Of a stretch of DNA of 34,648 nucleotides, positions 1 to 8,038 are shown one piece after another. Numbering within the stretch: the first letter of the stretch is position 1; each line of letters opens with the position of its first letter. The position numbers and the translations under genes are program-made. The notes below the pieces were generated by a model, which saw nothing but the letters and a program-made list of their open reading frames with translations, had not been told where the DNA came from and ran no database searches. This DNA comes from Candidatus Pacearchaeota archaeon (GTDB lineage: Archaea; Nanobdellota; Nanobdellia; Pacearchaeales; GW2011-AR1): the NCBI GenBank assembly GCA_038891475.1, contig JAWAEI010000001.1, forward strand, positions 1-34,648, read 5' to 3'.

Positions 1-1
1 T

Positions 2-736
2 ATCCTTGATTTCTTCGCTGGTTCAGGAACAACCGCCCACGCTGTTATGAAACTTAACAAAGAAGATGGAGGTAAAAGAAAGTTTATTTTAGTTCAACTT
101 GACGAACCTGTTGATGAAACAAAAGAAACAGGAAAAAACGCTAAAAAATTAGGATTAAACACAATTGCTGACATTTGTATTGAAAGACTAAAAAGAGTAT
201 CCGAAAAGATGAAAAAAAGCGATGATGAAAAATTAATAAAAGAAAATGAAAACCTTGATTTAGGATTTAAAGTATTCAAACTTGCGCCTTCAAACTTTAA
301 TTTAAAAGAAGAATTTGAACTTGAAGAAAACAAAAATTTAGAAGAACTTAAAAAACAGTATTTAGAAAAACTATCTTTTTTTGTTGATCAACCATTAGTA
401 TATGGCAAGAGTTCAAAAATAAATGTTGTTTATGAAATATTAATAAAAAATGGCTTTTCGCTAACTTCAAAAATTGAAGAAATAAAAATAGCTGATAATA
501 TTTTTTACTACGCAAAAGATGAAAAAAACAATCTAGAAATATTTATCAATCTTGAAGAAAAAATAACTGATAAAACTGTTGAAGAGATAAGAACAAATGA
601 CTGGGACTTAAGTATCTCAAAATATAGAGAAATTGAATACGAAGAAGTTAAGTATGAAAAACCGGGTGTTTTAAAGAAGAAAATTTTAGAGTTAGAAAAA
701 GACATTGTTAAGAGATTAAAAGAAATAAACCTTTAA
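2..736 (+). CDS. DNA methyltransferase, 5'-truncated by the window edge. The body is the C-terminal half of a Type III Mod-like (beta-class) enzyme, with a foreign-looking Type I/IIG-like tail.
   Basis: The reading frame is open from base 2 and translates [36 protein letters not shown], the FxGxG AdoMet motif typical of Type III Mod and N4/N6 beta-class methyltransferases. [13 protein letters not shown] and [19 protein letters not shown] also match the usual Mod C-terminal region. The last ~45 aa ([18 protein letters not shown]...LELEKDI) instead resemble the conserved ND-x-x-L-x-x-S-[KR]-Y tail of HsdM/Type IIG methylases. Confidence 0.7.
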   Translation: MLDFFAGSGTTAHAVMKLNKEDGGKRKFILVQLDEPVDETKETGKNAKKLGLNTIADICIERLKRVSEKMKKSDDEKLIKENENLDLGFKVFKLAPSNFNLKEEFELEENKNLEELKKQYLEKLSFFVDQPLVYGKSSKINVVYEILIKNGFSLTSKIEEIKIADNIFYYAKDEKNNLEIFINLEEKITDKTVEEIRTNDWDLSISKYREIEYEEVKYEKPGVLKKKILELEKDIVKRLKEINL

Positions 737-951
737 AATCCGACGAAGATATCACCGAAGAAAATAGGGCCAAATTGAAATATGCTAGAATACACTTTGA
801 AGAGTTAAATAAAAAGCAGAAGAAATTCAAATATTATTTTAAGTTCCTTTCTCCACAAGATTTTCCACAGTTCTTCGAATCCATAAAATCTGGAAACTAT
901 AAGAAATACACGAGCAATCTTGAAGCTGAATTAAGAGATCCTATATTATAA
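712..951 (+). pseudogene. Start-less remnant resembling the C-terminal end of a Type III-like restriction endonuclease (Res/helicase-nuclease) subunit
   Basis: In frame 1 the region is open from 712 to the stop at 949-951, with no plausible start codon. It translates ...[58 protein letters not shown].... This resembles, from memory, the segment after the (E)TK nuclease motif at the end of Res-type enzymes. It is out of frame with the preceding methylase ORF. Confidence 0.3.
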
Positions 952-1027
952 AGTTTAGAATTCATTTTTTCATGAAGAAAGTTTCTTTTATAATAAAATT
1001 TTTAAAGTATTTTTATAATATATCTTA

Positions 1028-1336
1028 ATGCCAAAAGTAAGAATAAAATTGAATAGTACAGATATAGATATGATCAATCTTGTCTGTAAGTCTATAGAAG
1101 AAATAGCTAAAAAATCAGGAATTTCAATATCAGGACCAATACCCTTACCGACAAAAAGGCTTAGAATAACTACAAGAAAATCGCCTTGTGGAAATGGAAC
1201 GGCAACATTCGATAACTTTGAAATGAGAATACATAAAAGACTTATAGATATTCCAGCAAATGAAAAGGTTCTCCATAATATAATGAAAATGCAAATTCCA
1301 AAAAACGTAAATATAAAAATTGAGATGAAGGATTAG
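1028..1336 (+). CDS. rps10: 30S ribosomal protein S10 (uS10)
   Basis: 102 aa. MPKVRIKL...GPIPLPTKRLRITTRKSPCGNGTATFDNFEMRIHKRLIDI is a classic uS10 sequence. An AT-rich TATA-like tract (ttttataataaa, ~986-997) lies upstream. Confidence 0.93.
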   Translation: MPKVRIKLNSTDIDMINLVCKSIEEIAKKSGISISGPIPLPTKRLRITTRKSPCGNGTATFDNFEMRIHKRLIDIPANEKVLHNIMKMQIPKNVNIKIEMKD

Positions 1337-1395
1337 GGAAAAAATATATACTCTAAAATAAATTTGTTTTTAAATAAAAAAATAATGTTTCTTTT

Positions 1396-2754
1396 ATGAT
1401 TAATGAACTTTCTCAGTTGAACCACCCATCAATCGAATTAGATGGGGGAGGTAAGATAATCCTCCTCAATACTGGAGCCGTCATTGATCCAGAAGCAGAA
1501 GCCATGTTACAAGCGTTAAATTCTCGCTCTACAGGCGGTTTAGAAAGCCATCTAAAAGAATTGGAGAAAAAAGGGGCTGATGGCTTTATGAATAAGTACT
1601 ATATAGGTTATGGTCATAAATCAATAGGAGATTGTGGGAGCATTACTATCTTTATAGAAGGAATTTCTATGCTAGAAGTAAAAGCAATACAAGACAACCC
1701 CTTATATGCTGGACAAGAGTCATCTACAAGATACCTAGACTTTTCAAAACAACATTTTATAAACCCAACTGGAACAAAAGAAGGAGAGGATATATTAAAA
1801 ACTGAAAGAGAATTTTACATTAATAGCATAGAACCAACAAAAAAATTTTTAAGGGAGAGACATAAGAAAGAGGAAGGACTGGGCATCAAAGAGTATGAGA
1901 AAGCTATAAAACTAAAGACATTCGATATAGTAAGGGGACTTCTACCAGCAGGGGTTTCAACAAACTGCACTTGGCACACAACAATGAGACAAGTTGCTGA
2001 TAAACTTCTATTCTTAAGACACCACCCTCTTCCGAGAGTAAGAGAAATAGCAAACAAATTAGGAGAACTATTAGAGCAGCATTACCCAAATTCATTCAAA
2101 CACAAAAGATATGAATTAATAGAAGAATATCAAGAGATAGTGGCTAAGAATTATTATTATCATGACCAAAACTCACCAGAAGAACCGGTCATAGATTTTA
2201 GTAAAATAAATTATGAAGAAATAAAAAAGTTTGAAGAAATTTTTCATAAAAGACCTAGAAAAGCAGAGCTACCAAAATATCTTGGGCAATTAGGAACAAT
2301 TGAGGTGAGATTTAAATTGGACTTTGGGTCATATAGAGATTTGCAAAGACATAGAAGCCTAATACAGAGAATGCCATTATTAACTACTGAGCTTAATTTT
2401 AATAATTGGTATATTGAGAACTTCTCTCCGGAGATAAGGTGTGATCTTCTGAAACATTTAGAGGATATAGAAACAAAAATAAAAAAGATGAATATACCTA
2501 TAGAACAGAAACAATACTTTATTCCTATGGGCTATAATATATCAAATAGGGTGGTTGGGGATTTACCTCATATTATCTACATGGTAGAGTTAAGAGATTC
2601 ATCAAGTGTACACCCAACACTTAGGAGGATAGCAAAAATAATAGGGGATGCTATAGAAAACAAATTAGGAATCCCCTTGCATAGAGACACAAGTTCTCAA
2701 GAGTTCAGTGTAGAAAGAGCATCGCAAGATATAATTTCAAAAGAAAGGGATTAA
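1396..2754 (+). CDS. Long-form ThyX-like (flavin-dependent thymidylate synthase family) protein
   Basis: 452 aa. ThyX-type elements are present: YGHKSIGD, GQESSTRY, RGLLPAG and the RHR motif (YRDLQRHRSLIQR). The protein is about twice the size of canonical ThyX, so the assignment is to the family only. Confidence 0.5.
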   Translation: MINELSQLNHPSIELDGGGKIILLNTGAVIDPEAEAMLQALNSRSTGGLESHLKELEKKGADGFMNKYYIGYGHKSIGDCGSITIFIEGISMLEVKAIQDNPLYAGQESSTRYLDFSKQHFINPTGTKEGEDILKTEREFYINSIEPTKKFLRERHKKEEGLGIKEYEKAIKLKTFDIVRGLLPAGVSTNCTWHTTMRQVADKLLFLRHHPLPRVREIANKLGELLEQHYPNSFKHKRYELIEEYQEIVAKNYYYHDQNSPEEPVIDFSKINYEEIKKFEEIFHKRPRKAELPKYLGQLGTIEVRFKLDFGSYRDLQRHRSLIQRMPLLTTELNFNNWYIENFSPEIRCDLLKHLEDIETKIKKMNIPIEQKQYFIPMGYNISNRVVGDLPHIIYMVELRDSSSVHPTLRRIAKIIGDAIENKLGIPLHRDTSSQEFSVERASQDIISKERD

Positions 2755-2763
2755 AGAAATTAA

Positions 2764-2900
2764 CGCCCCGACCAGGACTCGAACCTGGATGCCGTAAAAC
2801 GGCGCGGATTTTTGTAATATCTTAATTCTCAACCAGTAAACTAATTTAAAAAATTTTAGGTTTATAGCAATCCGCTGCAATACCCTTATGCGATCGGGGC
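2764..2900 (-). tRNA. tRNA-Ser (anticodon GCU) with a ~55-nt intron after position 37. No encoded CCA.
   Basis: The reverse complement folds by hand as follows:
- acceptor GCCCCGA/TCGGGGC, discriminator G
- 3-bp D stem GCA/TGC
- anticodon stem GCGGA/TCCGC, loop TTGCTA...A (GCT at 2868-2866)
- long variable arm GCCG-TTTTA-CGGC
- T arm CCAGG-TTCGAGT-CCTGG
The intron lies at roughly 2810-2864. Confidence 0.85.
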
Positions 2901-2923
2901 TGAAACATCTAATAAATAAAACA

Positions 2924-2936
2924 TTATAAAGATTTC
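2924..2936 (-). promoter_or_regulatory. BRE/TATA promoter of tRNA-Ser (GAAATCTTTATAA on the coding strand)
   Basis: The 13-mer ttataaagatttc (plus strand) lies 24-36 nt upstream of the tRNA 5' end at 2900. The identical 13-mer recurs at 3110-3122 and 14328-14340. Confidence 0.6.
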
Positions 2937-2967
2937 CTTTCAATTCTCAAAATTTAAAAAAATAATA

Positions 2968-3080
2968 TAGCGGAGGCAGGATTTGAACCATGCGATCTCA
3001 GGGTTTCCCTTTCTCTCTTAAAAATCATCTAAATGAAATGATATGGGCCCTGCGAGGACTCCAGGCTCCTCTACTCCGCT
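2968..3080 (-). tRNA. Initiator tRNA-Met (anticodon CAU) with a ~37-nt intron after position 37. No encoded CCA.
   Basis: The reverse complement folds by hand as follows:
- acceptor AGCGGAG/CTCCGCT with an A1:U72 pair, discriminator A
- D arm GAGG...CCTC
- anticodon stem CAGGG/CCCTG with three consecutive G:C pairs
- CAT at 3045-3043
- variable loop AGATC
- T arm GCA(T)GG-TTCAAAT-CCTGC
The intron lies at roughly 3005-3041. The overall layout matches archaeal tRNAiMet. Confidence 0.8.
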
Positions 3081-3109
3081 ATAGAACATAAAAAATAAAT
3101 AGCATATAC

Positions 3110-3122
3110 TTATAAAGATTTC
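3110..3122 (-). promoter_or_regulatory. BRE/TATA promoter of initiator tRNA-Met (GAAATCTTTATAA on the coding strand)
   Basis: The same 13-mer lies 30-42 nt upstream of the tRNA 5' end at 3080. Confidence 0.55.
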
Positions 3123-3188
3123 TAATTTAAAAATCAAAGATATAAATTTTTAAAGATGGTTTCATCTTAGTTGAAGTTATATTAAAAA

Positions 3189-3863
3189 ATGGAGATTCTT
3201 TTCTTAGGGATAGATGAAGCCGGACGAGGTCCAGTTATAGGTCCAATGGTTCTAGCCGGATGTTTAGCTGATTCTAAAACATTAGAGGAATTAAAAAAAA
3301 TTGGTGTAAAGGACAGCAAACAATTAACCCAAAGAAGAAGAGAATTCCTAGAAAAAAGGATAAAAGAAATTGTAAGAAAATTTGAAATTGTGGTTTTAGA
3401 CCCTGAACTAATTGATACAAGAAGTAAGAAATGGGGAAATTTAAATGAATTAGAAGCAGTAATGGCTGCCGAAATAATAAATAAACTTAACGAGGGGAGC
3501 AGAAAAATAAGGGTAATACTAGATTGTCCTTCACCCTCTCCTGATAAATGGAGAAATTTACTTAAAAATTATATCAAAAACAGATCTAACTTAGAAATAG
3601 TCTGTGAACATAAGGCAGATATAAATCATGTAATTGTCTCTGCAGCATCAATTTTGGCAAAATGTCAGAGAGAAAGAGAAATGGAAAAGATAAAAAAGAT
3701 TTATGGAGAGGATGTAGGTTCTGGCTATGGTTCTGATCCAAGAACAAAGAAATTTTTAGAGGAAAATGCGGATAGTTACTCTGACAAAAATTTCTTCCGA
3801 AAAACTTGGGCTAGTTGGAAAAGGGCGAGCTCAAACCTAAAACAAAAGAAACTTTTTGAATAA
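3189..3863 (+). CDS. rnhB: Ribonuclease HII
   Basis: 224 aa. The N-terminus LGIDEAGRGPVIGPMVLAG is the RNase HII catalytic DEAGRG motif, and SILAK and GSGY(G)SD motifs lie downstream. Confidence 0.9.
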   Translation: MEILFLGIDEAGRGPVIGPMVLAGCLADSKTLEELKKIGVKDSKQLTQRRREFLEKRIKEIVRKFEIVVLDPELIDTRSKKWGNLNELEAVMAAEIINKLNEGSRKIRVILDCPSPSPDKWRNLLKNYIKNRSNLEIVCEHKADINHVIVSAASILAKCQREREMEKIKKIYGEDVGSGYGSDPRTKKFLEENADSYSDKNFFRKTWASWKRASSNLKQKKLFE

Positions 3864-3904
3864 TTTACGAATTCTTTAAAAACTCAACAAGATTAATTTA
3901 GTTA

Positions 3905-6775
3905 ATGACGTATATAAAAAAGCTGGTGATGCAAGGATTTAAAAGTTTTCCAAAAAAAACAGAAATCATATTCTCAAAAGGAATAAATGTGATAGTTGGC
4001 CCAAATGGCAGTGGTAAGTCAAACATATCTGACGCTATATGTTTCGCTCTGGGTAGGTTGAGTATGAAATCAATAAGGGCTGCAAAAGCCGAGAATCTTA
4101 TATTCCTGGGAACAAAATCCACCCCTCCTTCTAAAGAAGCAATAGTAGAGATTGTATTAGATAATTCAGAAAAAACTTTCTCTTACGAGAGTGAGGAGAT
4201 ATGCATAAAAAGAATAGTAAAAAAAGATGGCCAGAGCATATACAAAATAAATAACGAAACAAAAAACCGCTATGATGTTCTAAATCTACTTGCGCAAGCG
4301 GGAATAGATCCCTATGGATTTAATATAATTCTTCAAGGAGAAATACAAAATTTTGTAACAATGCAACCAGAAGAAAGAAGAAAAATAATTGAAGAAGTAT
4401 CTGGAATTTCTGTTTATGAACAACAAAAAGAGAAAGCTTTAAGAGAATTAGAAAAAACAGAAGAAAAATTAAAGGAAATAAATTCGATTTTGAGAGAAAG
4501 AACAAATTATCTCCTCAATTTAGAAAAAGAAAGACAACAAGCTCTTAAATATAAAAAATTAGAAAGTGATCTGAAAAAACTCAAAGCGAGTATAATCTCT
4601 CATGACTTACATAAAAAAACAAAAGAGTCTGAAAAAGCAAATATAGAAATAATCAAGAAGAATGAAGAAATAGAAAAATTGAAAAACACGATATTTGGGT
4701 TAGAGGAACAAATTAAAAATGCAGATTCAGAAGCTCAAAAAATAAATATTGAAATAAAAAAATTAACTGGGGTAGAACAAGAATCTTTAAATACAGAGAT
4801 TGCCGATTTAAGAGTAGAACTGGCTGGATTAAAGACAAAAATAGAAAATTATGAAAACCAATTATCTTCTCTACTTAATCAAAAGAATAATCTTAAAAAA
4901 ACAATAGAGGAGTTAGAAGATTTCTTATCTAAAATAAAAAAGGAACCCTTTTCAAAAGAGAAAAAAAGAGACGAAATAAATAAGAAAAAAAGAGAGTTAG
5001 AGGTTCTAGAAGAAAAGAGAAAGAAGTTTTATATTTGGAAATCTGAATGCTTAAGTTTAGAAGAAAGGATTTCTGATAAAAAAAATTTAATACAAAATTA
5101 TGAAAGGGATATAAAAACAATAAACAAACAAATAGAGATGATCTCTATTGAAATTGTAGACGAAAAGGCCGATAAAAATAAATTAGAAAAAGTAAGATCC
5201 TTATTAAAGGAAAAAAAAGCTCTTTTGGGCTCTTTATTAAAGAAAGAAATTGAATTAGAAAAGACAATTTCTTCAAATGAGTCTGAAATTGAATTGCAGA
5301 AGGATATGCTTGAAAAAATCCTAAAATTAGACATTTGTCCTCTATGTAAAAATAGAATAACTCCAGAACATATAGGGACTATAAAAAAAGATGTAGAGTC
5401 AAAAACAATCTTATTAAAAAAGGAAATAGAAAATTCAAATAAAGAGTTAAGGGAGATATATCAAAAAAAAGAGGTAATAACTAATGATATAGAAAACCTA
5501 ATCCAAGAGATATCTAAAATAGAATTAGACATAGCAAAATTAAAATCCATAAGTGAAAAAAGGGCCTCATTAAATATTTTAGAAGAAAAGATAAAGGAAA
5601 CAAGAAAAGATGTCGAAAATATGGAAAAGAGGAGAGAAGAAATTCTGAAATTGATAGAAGAAAATTCAAATATAGAAGAGAAATATGAGATTCTAAAAAT
5701 AGAGATGAGGGAAATACTAATGATGGAAAAAGAGAATATAGAACCAGAAATAGAGTCAAAAAAGAGGGAAATTGAAAAATTAAAGATATATCTTAAACAG
5801 ACGAATGAAAAGGAAGAAGAAATAATCAAACAAAAATCTGCCATAATAAATCTCATAAATGAAAAGGAAAAATCTTTTTATGAAAAGAAGAAGCAAGAAG
5901 AAGCGCTCAAAAAAAGATTTGAAGAAATTTTAAATAAAAGAGACTCTATTTATTCTGAAATAAAGAAAAAAGAATCTGAAGTCTTCACAAAGAGGCAAGA
6001 GATTAGGAGATTAGAGGAAGAAGTAAATGAGATAAGAATAAATAAAGCAAGGATTGACGCCGAGCTTAAATCACTTGAATCAGAAATGTCTGAATTCTCT
6101 GGAGTGGAGATAATCAAGGCAAGTAGGGAGATCTTGAACCAAAAACTCTTAAAAGTCCAAGAAGATTTGTCGAAAATTGGTAATGTAAACCTACGTGCTT
6201 TGGAAGTTTATGACGCGGTTAAGAAAGAATATGATTCCATAAAACAAAAATTAGAAGTGATATTAAAGGAAAAAGAGGAGATAGGAAGGGTTATATCTGA
6301 AATAGATTCTAAGAAAAAAAGGGTTTTTTTCCAAACAATGAAAAAAATTAATGAATTAATGACAAGAAATTTTTTCCAATTAAGTTCAAAAGGAGAAGCT
6401 TTCCTGGAAGTAGAAAACAAAGATAATCCTTTTGAAGATAAAAGCGGAGTTTATATAGTTGTCAAAACAGGACATGGAAAATATTTTGATGCAAAATCTC
6501 TTTCTGGGGGGGAGCAGACTCTGTTGGCACTCTCTCTTATTTTTGCGATACAAGAGTATAAGCCATACTATTTCTACCTCTTCGATGAAATAGATGCGGC
6601 TTTAGATAAAAAAAATTCAGAACGTTTAGCTGGTCTCTTAAATAAGTATATGGTAAAAGGACAATACATAATAATAACCCATAATGATGAAGTCATATCC
6701 CGTGCAACAAATATTTATGGTGTAACAATGCCTGGAAGCGATGGCGTAAGTAAAATAACCAGTATCAAGATCTAG
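3905..6775 (+). CDS. SMC-family ATPase with SMC-type heads, no hinge domain, and a central Rad50-like CxxC zinc hook
   Basis: 956 aa.
- N-terminal head: GFKSF...VGPNGSGKSNISDAICFALG (Walker A at 3998-4021).
- C-terminal head: LSGGEQTLLALSLIFAIQEYKPYYFYLFDEIDAALD...IIITHN...IYGVTM (SMC signature, Walker B and D-loop).
- The interior is K/E-rich coiled coil with no glycine-rich globular hinge.
- CPLCKNRITPEH lies at aa 478-489 (nt 5336-5371), the exact midpoint. Confidence 0.85.
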   Translation: MTYIKKLVMQGFKSFPKKTEIIFSKGINVIVGPNGSGKSNISDAICFALGRLSMKSIRAAKAENLIFLGTKSTPPSKEAIVEIVLDNSEKTFSYESEEICIKRIVKKDGQSIYKINNETKNRYDVLNLLAQAGIDPYGFNIILQGEIQNFVTMQPEERRKIIEEVSGISVYEQQKEKALRELEKTEEKLKEINSILRERTNYLLNLEKERQQALKYKKLESDLKKLKASIISHDLHKKTKESEKANIEIIKKNEEIEKLKNTIFGLEEQIKNADSEAQKINIEIKKLTGVEQESLNTEIADLRVELAGLKTKIENYENQLSSLLNQKNNLKKTIEELEDFLSKIKKEPFSKEKKRDEINKKKRELEVLEEKRKKFYIWKSECLSLEERISDKKNLIQNYERDIKTINKQIEMISIEIVDEKADKNKLEKVRSLLKEKKALLGSLLKKEIELEKTISSNESEIELQKDMLEKILKLDICPLCKNRITPEHIGTIKKDVESKTILLKKEIENSNKELREIYQKKEVITNDIENLIQEISKIELDIAKLKSISEKRASLNILEEKIKETRKDVENMEKRREEILKLIEENSNIEEKYEILKIEMREILMMEKENIEPEIESKKREIEKLKIYLKQTNEKEEEIIKQKSAIINLINEKEKSFYEKKKQEEALKKRFEEILNKRDSIYSEIKKKESEVFTKRQEIRRLEEEVNEIRINKARIDAELKSLESEMSEFSGVEIIKASREILNQKLLKVQEDLSKIGNVNLRALEVYDAVKKEYDSIKQKLEVILKEKEEIGRVISEIDSKKKRVFFQTMKKINELMTRNFFQLSSKGEAFLEVENKDNPFEDKSGVYIVVKTGHGKYFDAKSLSGGEQTLLALSLIFAIQEYKPYYFYLFDEIDAALDKKNSERLAGLLNKYMVKGQYIIITHNDEVISRATNIYGVTMPGSDGVSKITSIKI

Positions 6776-6809
6776 CTAAATAGTAACTACCACAAGAGGG
6801 TTACTAAAA

Positions 6810-6822
6810 GAAATGTTTATAA
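6810..6822 (+). promoter_or_regulatory. BRE/TATA-like promoter (gaaatgtttataa) for the 6845 gene. The geometry implies a leaderless or near-leaderless mRNA.
   Basis: It differs by one mismatch from the 13-mer GAAATCTTTATAA found upstream of the two tRNAs and tuf. The TATA is centred about 26 nt upstream of the ATG at 6845. Confidence 0.45.
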
Positions 6823-6844
6823 ACCACACATTCTTAAAAAGAGT

Positions 6845-7333
6845 ATGGGATTAGAAAAAATAATAAAGGATGGGAGAAAATTAGCATCTCCATTATTTAT
6901 TGCAACGGCTTTATCTTTAAATGCTTGTTCGATCGGAGCTTTAAATAATAGGGAGTACTTAGATAGTAGAGTACAACCTTCAGACAAACAAGTCAATGAA
7001 GCTATGAAGATTTTGAATGTTCAAGACGTATCTCAATTAGGTATTTTGAGAAATAGTAAAGGAAAAATATATATAATGCGTGAAAGAGATAAAGATCTAT
7101 TGAGACTAACTGCTGGGATATATTGTGGAAGTATTAATATTTTCATAAAAAGAGAAGAGATTATTATGTCAGGGTATTATTCCCAATCTAAAAACCCAGA
7201 ACCCTTAGATAGTGTTTTGAAAAGGGCTGATAAAAACTATGATAAAATTATCACAGAAAAAGAAGCAAAAGATATTTACAAAAAAGTCCTTTATAAAAGA
7301 ATCAAAGAAAGTAAATCAAATTACTCAAGCTGA
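6845..7333 (+). CDS. Hypothetical secreted or lipoprotein-like protein
   Basis: 162 aa. The N-terminal hydrophobic segment ends in a lipobox-like LSLNAC. No family was recognised. Confidence 0.5.
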   Translation: MGLEKIIKDGRKLASPLFIATALSLNACSIGALNNREYLDSRVQPSDKQVNEAMKILNVQDVSQLGILRNSKGKIYIMRERDKDLLRLTAGIYCGSINIFIKREEIIMSGYYSQSKNPEPLDSVLKRADKNYDKIITEKEAKDIYKKVLYKRIKESKSNYSS

Positions 7334-7395
7334 AGGAATATTGTGTAAATTTAGTCGAGGATAGATTTATTAAATCTATTATTTGTCTATTTTTG

Positions 7396-8037
7396 ATGGA
7401 TAAAACTGAACTTTTAGAATATCTTAAAAGGGCTGGTTTTTCTAAGAAAATAGTAGATGCATTCTCATCAGTTAATAGAGAAGATTTTGTCCCTCCTGAA
7501 CTCGAAGAGCAAGCATATGAGAATACGGCATTACCGATAGGTGAGGGTCAAACAATTTCGCAGCCATACACAATTGCTATAATGTTATCAGAGCTAAAAC
7601 TTAGAGCTGGTCAAAAGGTTTTGGAAGTTGGGTCTGGCTCTGGTTATGTTCTAGCACTTATATCTAAGATTATAGGAAAAAGGGGGCGTGTCTATGGCAT
7701 AGAAATAATAAAAAAAATTGCGGATAAATCTAAAAAGGCTTTAGTCGACTTCAAAAACGTTCGGGTTTACAATAGAAATGGATATAAAGGTCTTCCGGAA
7801 GAAACCCCTTTTGATAGAATCTTAATAAGTGCCGCATGTCGTGAAATCCCTCAACCACTTCTAAACCAGTTAAAAGATGGGGGCCTTCTTGTAGCTCCAC
7901 AAGGTTCCCGTTTTGAGCAAGATATCGTTGTTATGCAAAGAAAAGGTAACGAATTCTTACTCAAAACAAGAATCCCGGGTTTTATATTTGTCCCACTTGT
8001 CGAAGAAACAGAACAAAACATACAAAACAAGAAGTAA
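7396..8037 (+). CDS. pcm: Protein-L-isoaspartate O-methyltransferase
   Basis: GEGQTISQPYTIAIMLSELKLRAGQKVLEVGSGSGYVLALI is the canonical PCMT pre-motif plus AdoMet motif I. The ATG at 7396 is preferred over the TTG at 7393. Confidence 0.9.
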   Translation: MDKTELLEYLKRAGFSKKIVDAFSSVNREDFVPPELEEQAYENTALPIGEGQTISQPYTIAIMLSELKLRAGQKVLEVGSGSGYVLALISKIIGKRGRVYGIEIIKKIADKSKKALVDFKNVRVYNRNGYKGLPEETPFDRILISAACREIPQPLLNQLKDGGLLVAPQGSRFEQDIVVMQRKGNEFLLKTRIPGFIFVPLVEETEQNIQNKK

Positions 8038-8038
8038 C

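Noticed and set aside
2737-2943. A 68-aa ORF on the minus strand
   Set aside because: It is fully occupied by the tRNA-Ser gene, its intron and its promoter, so it is spurious.
4320-6420. Several 60-131-aa ORFs antisense to the SMC-like gene (for example 5461-5856 and 5514-5759)
   Set aside because: Their F/S/L/I-rich low-complexity translations are the expected mirror image of a K/E-rich AT-rich coiled-coil gene. They have no motifs and no independent start signals.
7361-7379. A perfect 9-bp inverted repeat (atagattta t taaatctat) 17-35 nt upstream of pcm, as a possible operator
   Set aside because: It coincides with where an AT-rich TATA box is expected anyway. In such AT-rich DNA a short palindrome of this composition is weak evidence, and no second copy was seen.
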